Sequence record: DRR723986_6333
Length of the DNA stretch: 32,951 nucleotides
Direction: 5' to 3' (one strand)
Shown one piece after another: positions 26,245 to 32,951 of this stretch. The position numbers and the translations under genes are program-made. Under the pieces are notes generated by a model. That model worked only from the letters and a program-made list of their open reading frames with translations. It had not been told where the DNA came from and made no database searches. The first letter of the stretch is position 1. Each line of letters begins with the position of its first letter.

Positions 26245-27039
26245 TTATAGCCTCATCTGCTGGACTTGTGCCGAGAGCCCGCCGTCGAGCACCCAGAGTT
26301 GCCCGGACGCATAACGCGCTTCGTCGCTGGCAAGCCATAGAACCAGATTGGCGATGTCCTCGGGCGTCCCATAGCTGCGCATCGGGTGGACGTCGCGTAC
26401 TGCCTGTTGCAGCTGGTCGATGGACTTTCCACCCGCGCCAGACCCGTCGCCAGTGAAGAAGCTTTGCAACATCGGGGTGTCGATATAGCCGGGGCAGATC
26501 GCGTTGACGCGGATGCCCTCTGGCCCGTGATCGCAGGCCATGGCGCGGGTCAGGGCGTGGACCGCACCCTTGGTGGCGCAATAGGCGGCAAGGCCGGGAT
26601 CGGCGATGAAGCCGTCATAGGATCCAAAGTTGATGATGCTGGCAGAGGGCCCCGCCTTGGCAGCGGCGCGCAGCAGAGGCAGGGCGTGTTTCGAGGTCAG
26701 GAAGGTGCCGGTCACGTTCACCGCGAAAGAGCGGTTCCATTCGTCCAGGGTGGTGTGCTCGATCGTCTTTTCGATCTCGATTCCGGCTGCGTTGACCAGA
26801 ATGTCGAGCTTGCCCGCCGCGTCCCGGACATGGGACATGGCGGCGATGGCCTCATCCTCGGAGGCCACGTCGAGGCGGATGAACTCGCCAGCCGCAGGGG
26901 TGCCGCCCAGGCTGCCGGCTTCGCTTAGGTCAGCGGCAAAAACCTGCGCGCCTTCGGCCTCGAACCGATCGCAGATCGCCCGGCCGATGCCGCCGCGCCC
27001 GCCTGTGATCAGCGCTGTCTTGCCCTCGAGTCTGCCCAT
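26245..27039 (-). CDS. SDR-family oxidoreductase
   Basis: MGRLEGKTALITGGRGGIG, LVNAAG, NFGS, YCATK, NAICPG. Confidence 0.92.
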   Translation of the reverse strand: MGRLEGKTALITGGRGGIGRAICDRFEAEGAQVFAADLSEAGSLGGTPAAGEFIRLDVASEDEAIAAMSHVRDAAGKLDILVNAAGIEIEKTIEHTTLDEWNRSFAVNVTGTFLTSKHALPLLRAAAKAGPSASIINFGSYDGFIADPGLAAYCATKGAVHALTRAMACDHGPEGIRVNAICPGYIDTPMLQSFFTGDGSGAGGKSIDQLQQAVRDVHPMRSYGTPEDIANLVLWLASDEARYASGQLWVLDGGLSAQVQQMRL

Positions 27040-27064
27040 CTGGAATATCCTTGTTCTGTGGCTT

Positions 27065-27141
27065 TGCCTGCCCCGGCACCCCGTCCGGGTCGGCGCCCAC
27101 CCACCCACCCCGCCGCCCCGAACGACGTGCCGGGGCAGGCA
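27065..27141. repeat. Long intergenic hairpin with 15-bp perfect arms and a (CCCA)3CCCC loop
   Basis: TGCCTGCCCCGGCAC (27065-27079) pairs with GTGCCGGGGCAGGCA (27127-27141); there is an imperfect inner stem; the loop is 27096-27111. Confidence 0.8.
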
Positions 27142-27146
27142 GGCGA

Positions 27147-28286
27147 TCAGTTTGCCGCGTCTGCGTAGGCGTCCAGCACCAGCCCGTGAAAGTGGTGCAC
27201 GGCATGTTCCGATTTGCCCGATCCCTCGGGGTCGTTCACGATGCGGCCTTGCTGGAAGGCGGGTGTCATCATGCCCCGCTGCACGCTTTCCACGATGGCG
27301 ATATCTTCGGCCTGCAAGACCTCGTCCAGATAGCGCATGCTTTCCAGCTCGGCCTCTGTCGCATCGGGTGTTTCCAGATAGAAATCATAGGTTTCAAGCG
27401 TCCGGTCCGGCCCGACGGGAATGATATTGAGCACGATCATCGAGGACCGGCCCGGATAGCGCATCAGGCAGGTGGTGGGCCAGAGCCACCAGACCGCATG
27501 GGTGCGCACCGTGGCGTTCGACACGTCATAGGCGCTGTTGCTGTCCTTGCCCGCATCGGCCATGTGGCTGGAATAGATGCCGTGGGTGGTGACCTTGTAG
27601 GTGTCCATATCCACCAATGTGCAGAAATCCTTGTGCGCCGTGGGGCAGTGGTAGCATTCGAGGAAATTGTCGACGACGTTCTTCCAGTTCGACTTAATGT
27701 CGTAGGTCAGCCGGTGGCCGAAGGTCAGATCCTCGATATCGGGGGCCCAGTGGCGAATCTCGGTTTCAAGATTGCCGGATTGCCTTGCAAGAGGTTGCGC
27801 CTGTGGGTCCAGATTGACGAAGAGGAAGCCGCAGAACTCCTCAACCTGCACCTGATCCAGACCGACATCGCCAGTGTTGAACTCTTCCAGCGTTTCGGTA
27901 TGCGGCGCGCGTGCCAGTTGGCCGTTCAGCCGGTAGACCCAGGCGTGATAGGGGCACATGATCCGGGTGATGCTGCCTTCGCCTTTCAACAGTTCATGCG
28001 CCCGGTGTTTGCAGACGTTGTAGAAGGCGCGCAATTGGCCTTCCGCATCGCGGACGATGGCGACGGGTTGGCCTGCGATTTCGGCGGTCACGTAAGACCC
28101 GGGTGCGCGCAGCTTTTCCACATGGCAGACCCATTGCCAGCTTTTGGCCAGAACTGCGTGTTGATCGACGTTGTACCAGCGTGGGTCGGTATAGGCGTCG
28201 GCAGCCAGCGACAGGGACCGCGCGGGATTGGTGTCATAGCCGCGCCGGATGGCGGCGAAGTCTTGCGGGGTCGGGCGCTCGGTCAT
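27147..28286 (-). CDS. Rieske non-heme iron oxygenase alpha subunit, CntA/YeaW (carnitine monooxygenase)-like
   Basis: Rieske CKH..CPYH; NWK.VVDNFLECYHCPTAH (bridging Glu plus Fe ligands); ED..IVESVQRG..QGRI....SGKSEH C-terminus as recalled for CntA/YeaW. Confidence 0.85.
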   Translation of the reverse strand: MTERPTPQDFAAIRRGYDTNPARSLSLAADAYTDPRWYNVDQHAVLAKSWQWVCHVEKLRAPGSYVTAEIAGQPVAIVRDAEGQLRAFYNVCKHRAHELLKGEGSITRIMCPYHAWVYRLNGQLARAPHTETLEEFNTGDVGLDQVQVEEFCGFLFVNLDPQAQPLARQSGNLETEIRHWAPDIEDLTFGHRLTYDIKSNWKNVVDNFLECYHCPTAHKDFCTLVDMDTYKVTTHGIYSSHMADAGKDSNSAYDVSNATVRTHAVWWLWPTTCLMRYPGRSSMIVLNIIPVGPDRTLETYDFYLETPDATEAELESMRYLDEVLQAEDIAIVESVQRGMMTPAFQQGRIVNDPEGSGKSEHAVHHFHGLVLDAYADAAN

Positions 28287-28374
28287 CGGGACTTCCTTCG
28301 CGGACGGGGGAATGGGTGAAGTATGTGCCTGAACCCGTCATCGGATGATCAGTCAATTCGCCATCCATTTGCAC

Positions 28375-29397
28375 TTATTCGCCATCCCGTGGTCCGCCGC
28401 GATGCATCGGCCAGGCGCGGAATTCAAAGGGGATGCGGCCCTGTACCCGGTCTTTGCTGGGGGGCAGGCCAAAGCGGTCGCGATAGGATCGGCTGAAATG
28501 CATCGGGCTGGAAAAGCCGCAGGCATAGGCGATCTCGGACAGGCGCAGTTCGGTCTGGGTAACAAGGCCACGCGCGCGATCCAGCCGGATGTCACGATAA
28601 TAGAGCTGTGGGGGTTTGCGGACAAAGCTGTTGAACAGCCGTTCCAGTTGCCGCTGCGACAGCCCGATTTCCTCGCAGATCTCGGGGATGGATACAGGCG
28701 CTTCCAGATTGGCCTCCATCAGACGGATGGCCTTGCGCAGCATGGACGGGGCTGCGCTGCCAAGCGGTTCCACCCGCTGCGGGAATTGCTGGGTGCCCTC
28801 CGGTCGCAGGCTTTCGTGAAAGACATAGCGCGCGGCGGCATTGGCCAGACCGTCGCCATGCAGGCTGCGCAGGATGTGCAGCGCAAGGTCTGTCCCTGCC
28901 GCCCCGCCGCAACAGGTCAGCCGCCCGGTGTCCATGACGAAAAGATCCTCGGTCGCGTCAACCTCCGGGAACAATTCGGCAAAGGCATCGAGATGTTCGT
29001 AATGCACTGTTGCGCGCCGTCCATCCAGCAGGCCAGCCTTGGCCAGCAGAAATGCCCCGGTATCCAGCCCGCCAAGCATTGCCCCCATCCGTGCCCATTT
29101 GCGCAGCCGTGCCAGCAGGGGCTCGGCGCCGTATTCCTCTGGCGTCCAACTGGATGAGACCACGGCCAGATCAGGCTTGTCGGGGATCGTGCTCAAGGGG
29201 TCCGTGGCGAGAGACAGGCCGCTGCTGGCCTCGGTTGGACCGGGGGCAGTGGCATGGATCGACCAGCGGAACAGGGTGCTGCCATTGAGGTAATTCGCCA
29301 CCCGGAACGGATCGAGAAACGCGGTGGTCGTGGCTAGGTTGAAGCGCGGCGTGACGATCACCGCGATCTGGTAGGGGGCTGGTCCCGAAAAGGGCAT
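28375..29397 (-). CDS. GlxA-family (GATase-like + AraC HTH) transcriptional regulator, CdhR/GbdR-like
   Basis: FLDPFRVAN, GLDTGAFLLAKAGLLDG..ATVH, TCCGG, LSQRQLERLF, IAYACGFSS..HFSRSYR..FG.PP. Start placed at ATG 29397. Confidence 0.9.
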   Translation of the reverse strand: MPFSGPAPYQIAVIVTPRFNLATTTAFLDPFRVANYLNGSTLFRWSIHATAPGPTEASSGLSLATDPLSTIPDKPDLAVVSSSWTPEEYGAEPLLARLRKWARMGAMLGGLDTGAFLLAKAGLLDGRRATVHYEHLDAFAELFPEVDATEDLFVMDTGRLTCCGGAAGTDLALHILRSLHGDGLANAAARYVFHESLRPEGTQQFPQRVEPLGSAAPSMLRKAIRLMEANLEAPVSIPEICEEIGLSQRQLERLFNSFVRKPPQLYYRDIRLDRARGLVTQTELRLSEIAYACGFSSPMHFSRSYRDRFGLPPSKDRVQGRIPFEFRAWPMHRGGPRDGE

Positions 29398-29465
29398 GTG
29401 GCGATCCCGGTCAAGTGCGTGGCGAAAACCGTAGGGTCGCGCTGCCACGCTGACAAGTCCTGCGC

Positions 29466-30614
29466 TCACATGCGCTTGGCGACCTCCTCCAGCATCACCT
29501 CGGTCGCGCCGCCGCCGATGGCCTGAACGCGGGCGTCGCGGGTCATCCGTTCGATCGTGGTGCCGCGCATGAAGCCGGTTCCACCGTGGAACTGAAGGCA
29601 GTCATGCATGACCCGGTTCACCAGATCACCGCAAAGCGCCTTGATCATCGAGACCTCTTTGACCACCTCTTCGCCCTCTGCATCGCGCATGGCGGTGGCG
29701 TAGATCAGATGGCGGGCGGCGGTGACCTCGGCCTGCAACATCGCCAGCCGCTGCCGGATCGCCTGTTTCTCCCACAGGGGCGCGCCAAAGGCCTGCCGGG
29801 TTTTCACGTAGTCCACCGTCAGATCAATCGCGGCCTGCGCCTCGCCCATGGCCATGGCACCGATGACGATGCGTTCGTTCTGGAAATTCTGCATGATCGC
29901 ATAGAAGCCGCGGCCTTCCTCGCCCAGGATGCTATCAGCCGGGATCTCGCAATTGTCGAACAGCAGTTCGGCCGTGTCGGAGCTGCGCCAACCGTGCTTG
30001 TCGAGCTGTCGGGCAACGGTGAAACCGGGTGTGCCCTTTTCAACCAGGAACATGGTGACCCCGCGCGACGGCGGGGCGTTCGGGTCGGTCTTGGCGGCCA
30101 CGCAATAGATATCGGCGTGAACACCATTGGTGATGAAGGTTTTGGCCCCGTTCAGAACGAAGGCGTCATTGCCCTTGCGACTGGCGCGCGTGGTGATGCC
30201 CTTCACATCCGATCCGGCGCCGGGTTCGGTGACGGCCACGGCAGTGATGGTCTGGCCTGAAACGATGCCGGGCATCCAGCGGTCACGCTGCGCGTCGCTG
30301 CCTGCGTTGAACAGGTGGACCGAGGCCATGTCGGTATGCACCAGTGCCGTGATCGCGACACCGGAAAAGGTCGACCGGCCCAGTTCCTCGGCCCAGACCG
30401 TGGTGGCACGCGTGTCCATCTCTGCCCCGCCATAGCGTTCAGGGTAGCGGATGCCAAAGAACCCCAGCTCCCCCATCCGGGTCAGAACCTTTCGCGGGAC
30501 CATACCGGTCTCTTCCCATGCGTCTGCATGAGGCCGAATCTCTTCGGCGACGAAGCGGCGGATCTGGTCGCGCAACAGCTCGTGCTCTGGCTCCAGAAAC
30601 AGGGCGTTTGTCAT
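29466..30614 (-). CDS. Acyl-CoA dehydrogenase
   Basis: AVTEPGAGSD, LNGAKTFITNG, GWRSSDT, ERI, RQAFG, QFHGG.G, IGGGATEVM; GGGAGG RBS. Confidence 0.93.
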   Translation of the reverse strand: MTNALFLEPEHELLRDQIRRFVAEEIRPHADAWEETGMVPRKVLTRMGELGFFGIRYPERYGGAEMDTRATTVWAEELGRSTFSGVAITALVHTDMASVHLFNAGSDAQRDRWMPGIVSGQTITAVAVTEPGAGSDVKGITTRASRKGNDAFVLNGAKTFITNGVHADIYCVAAKTDPNAPPSRGVTMFLVEKGTPGFTVARQLDKHGWRSSDTAELLFDNCEIPADSILGEEGRGFYAIMQNFQNERIVIGAMAMGEAQAAIDLTVDYVKTRQAFGAPLWEKQAIRQRLAMLQAEVTAARHLIYATAMRDAEGEEVVKEVSMIKALCGDLVNRVMHDCLQFHGGTGFMRGTTIERMTRDARVQAIGGGATEVMLEEVAKRM

Positions 30615-30808
30615 GGTTTGTCCTCCCAGATCGAAAGCTTGCGCAGGACACACAATCTTGCAAGGGTTCAGGGAAAAGGACGCAGCGGCAGAAGGGGCGG
30701 GTGCAGATCACTCTGTGCCGGTTTTGCGCAGACGGTCATACGAGACTGGTGCTTGCGCAGTCAGCGCTGCCATGTTTCTCGGAAAACGCAGAGACCGTTG
30801 AAGGCAAA

Positions 30809-30824
30809 ATACTCGAAAGGATAG
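30809..30824. promoter_or_regulatory. Candidate operator, copy D (ATACTCGAAAGGATAG)
   Basis: 13/16 identical to copy A; lies in the divergent region between the acyl-CoA dehydrogenase and eutB. Confidence 0.42.
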
Positions 30825-30897
30825 GTTTTTTCTTGAAATTGGACCCGGTAGCATCTCTTTGCATCGGAAATGAATTTATGTCTGTGAAATTGAGCAT

Positions 30898-31902
30898 ATG
30901 AGATTTGGCTTACCAGATATCCTTGCCGCGCGACGGATTCTGCTTGGCCAGGCGGATGCCACGCCCTTTGTTCCTTCTCCTTATATGAGCGAACGGGCTG
31001 GTCACGATTTCTGGCTCAAGCTGGAAACCTGCCAGCCGATCGGTGCGTTCAAGTTGCGCGGCGCGATGAACGCGGTGATGACCCTGCCCGATGGCGTGGC
31101 AGGTGTGACCTGCTGTTCCACCGGCAACCATGGGCGCGGCGTGGCATTTGCGGCAGCGAAGCGGGGCATTCGCGCGGTGATCTGCATGTCGGAACTGGTG
31201 CCGCAGGCCAAGGTGGACGGCATCCGAGCACTCGGGGCCGAGGTGAAGATCGTGGGGCGCAGCCAGGATGACGCATTGGCTGAAAGCCTGCGGCTGGTGG
31301 CGCAGGACGGGCTGGTGGAGATCTCGCCTTTCGATGACCCCAAGGTGATCGCGGGGCAGGGCACGATCGGGCTGGAGATGATCGAGGCGCGGCCCGATCT
31401 GCACACGGTTCTGGTGCCGCTTTCTGGTGGCGGGCTGGCGGGCGGCGTGTCGGTTGCGGTGAAGGCGGTGAACCCACGCGTTCGGGTCATCGGCATCACC
31501 ATGGACCGGGGCGCGGCCATGCAAGCATCGATTTCGGCAGGCCACCCGGTGGAGGTGGAGGAGGTGCCAAGCCTTGCGGACTCACTCGGCGGTGGAATCG
31601 GGATGCAAAACCGGCTGAGCTTCCCGCTGTGCCGAGACAACCTCGACGAAATTGTCCTTGTGACGGAAGAAGAGATACGCGACGCCATGCAGGTTCTGTT
31701 CTATGAGGATCGCATGGTTGCGGAAGGCGCCAGTGTGGTGGGGCTTGCGGCGGTGCTGGCAGGCAAGATCCGGCCCGAAGGTCCGGTCGGCACCATTATC
31801 ACCGGCCGCAATCTGGATATGACTCAGTTCCACCGGATCATGGCGGGCGAAGACATTCCATTGGGGGACAGGATTTTGAAAGGCAGACGCTATGGCGCAT
31901 GA
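30898..31902 (+). CDS. eutB: Hydroxyectoine utilization dehydratase EutB (PLP-dependent threonine dehydratase family)
   Basis: LKLE..QPIGAFKLRGA, CSTGNHGRG, GQGTIGLE, VPLSGGGL, SLADSLGGGIG..NR; paired with an eutC-like gene. Confidence 0.82.
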   Translation: MRFGLPDILAARRILLGQADATPFVPSPYMSERAGHDFWLKLETCQPIGAFKLRGAMNAVMTLPDGVAGVTCCSTGNHGRGVAFAAAKRGIRAVICMSELVPQAKVDGIRALGAEVKIVGRSQDDALAESLRLVAQDGLVEISPFDDPKVIAGQGTIGLEMIEARPDLHTVLVPLSGGGLAGGVSVAVKAVNPRVRVIGITMDRGAAMQASISAGHPVEVEEVPSLADSLGGGIGMQNRLSFPLCRDNLDEIVLVTEEEIRDAMQVLFYEDRMVAEGASVVGLAAVLAGKIRPEGPVGTIITGRNLDMTQFHRIMAGEDIPLGDRILKGRRYGA

Positions 31903-32878
31903 CATCCGTATCGTGACCGAGGACCAGCTGCGCCAGGTGGTGAAGCTGGATCTGACCGCCATCGACGTTGTGGAACGCGCGTTTGCGGCTCTGGCCTCGG
32001 GTAAGGTGGTGATGCCGCCGATCCTGTCCATGGACTTGCCTGACGCGAACGGAGAGGTCGACGTCAAAACCGCCTACATTCCCGGCTTCGACGGTTTCGC
32101 GATCAAGGTCAGCCCCGGTTTTTTCGACAATCCAAAGCTGGGACTGCCCAGTCTGAACGGGTTGATGATCCTGTTTTCGGCCAAGACAGGGCTGGTGCAG
32201 GCGGTGTTTCTCGACAACGGCTATCTGACCGATATCCGTACCGCTGCGGCCGGGGCCGTTGCCGCCCGCCACCTTGCCCCCCCGCATGTTGAAACGGCAG
32301 GGGTGATCGGCACCGGCGTTCAGGCGCGGCTGCAAATGAAGGCGGCGCATATGGTCAGGCCCTTCAAACGGCTGCTGGTCTGGGGCCGGGATTCTGCCAA
32401 GGCGGCCGTTTGTGCCGATGACCTGCGCCTTGAACTGGGGATCGAGGTCGACGCGGTATCGGACCCGGCGCGGCTGGTCGCGGAAAGCCAGCTTGTCGTC
32501 ACCACAACCCCCGCCCGCGCGCCTGTTCTCAAAGCCGACTGGCTGCATCCGGGCCTGCACATCACCGCCATGGGGTCTGATCAAGCCGGCAAATGCGAGA
32601 TCGACCCACGCGCGTTGGCCATGGCCGACGCTTATATTTGCGACAGAGTTTCCCAATGCGAAGTGTCTGGAGAGCTGGAGGCCGCGCAGGCCGTCGGTCT
32701 CTGGACCAAGGGCACGCCCGCGGAATTGGGGGCGGTGATCAGTGGCGCGGCCGAAGGGCGGCGCAGCGCCGAGGACATCACCATCTGCGACCTGACCGGC
32801 ACCGGCGCGCAGGACACTGCGATTGCCAGCCATGTCTATGCGCGGCTTGGATCCGCAGGAACCAGCGTCACAAGCTAG
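31892..32878 (+). CDS. eutC: Ectoine utilization protein EutC (ornithine cyclodeaminase / mu-crystallin family)
   Basis: GEVDVKTAY.PG, KVSPGFFDNP..GLPS, LDNGYLTDIRTAAAGA, GTGVQAR, AMGSD, DLTGTGAQD. Confidence 0.85.
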   Translation: MAHDIRIVTEDQLRQVVKLDLTAIDVVERAFAALASGKVVMPPILSMDLPDANGEVDVKTAYIPGFDGFAIKVSPGFFDNPKLGLPSLNGLMILFSAKTGLVQAVFLDNGYLTDIRTAAAGAVAARHLAPPHVETAGVIGTGVQARLQMKAAHMVRPFKRLLVWGRDSAKAAVCADDLRLELGIEVDAVSDPARLVAESQLVVTTTPARAPVLKADWLHPGLHITAMGSDQAGKCEIDPRALAMADAYICDRVSQCEVSGELEAAQAVGLWTKGTPAELGAVISGAAEGRRSAEDITICDLTGTGAQDTAIASHVYARLGSAGTSVTS

Positions 32879-32951
32879 GGCTGGAAACGGCCACCGGCTT
32901 TGGCTATCCTGCGGCTGACCACGGCAATAAAGGCATTGCGCGCTGCTGCCG

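Noticed and set aside
27051-28319. 422-aa + strand ORF
   Set aside because: Antisense to the Rieske oxygenase; no domain signal.
31838-32833. 331-aa minus-strand ORF
   Set aside because: Antisense shadow of eutC.
1-32951. CRISPR array, defence system or prophage genes
   Set aside because: No regularly spaced repeats and no cas, nuclease, reverse transcriptase, toxin-antitoxin or phage-like ORFs were recognised.

Overview
High-GC alphaproteobacterial-looking window (Rhodobacteraceae-like; an inference from gene content) that starts in the 3' end of a tRNA (probably Leu). Almost everything from 105 to 21701 lies on the minus strand and forms two blocks. (1) A sensory block (105-5141): single-domain globin, FIST protein, a hybrid histidine kinase with a LOV domain (GRNCRFL), and a NarL/LuxR response regulator. 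(2) A surface glycan/lipid-modification block (5264-20971): large GT-C-like membrane protein, Ig-like protein, clan GH-A hydrolase, GT4, GT2, flippase, ManC, a 1443-aa OpgB-like phosphoglycerol transferase fused to a GDPD domain, and DgkA. Three genes in block 2 carry apparent lesions: two frameshifts and one missing start codon. Two more paralogous NarL-type regulators flank an EamA transporter (21024-23524). These are followed by a betaine/carnitine-type catabolic cluster (23590-30614: acyl-CoA dehydrogenase, GlxA-type AraC regulator, CntA/YeaW-like Rieske oxygenase, two SDRs, BKACE, carnitine-dehydrogenase-like protein) and divergent eutB-eutC. A 16-bp imperfect palindrome (ATAnyC-nnAA-GkATAG) recurs in four intergenic regions across these modules and may be the operator of a light plus NO/O2-responsive regulon. 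All functional calls come from motif recognition by eye; no searches were run.
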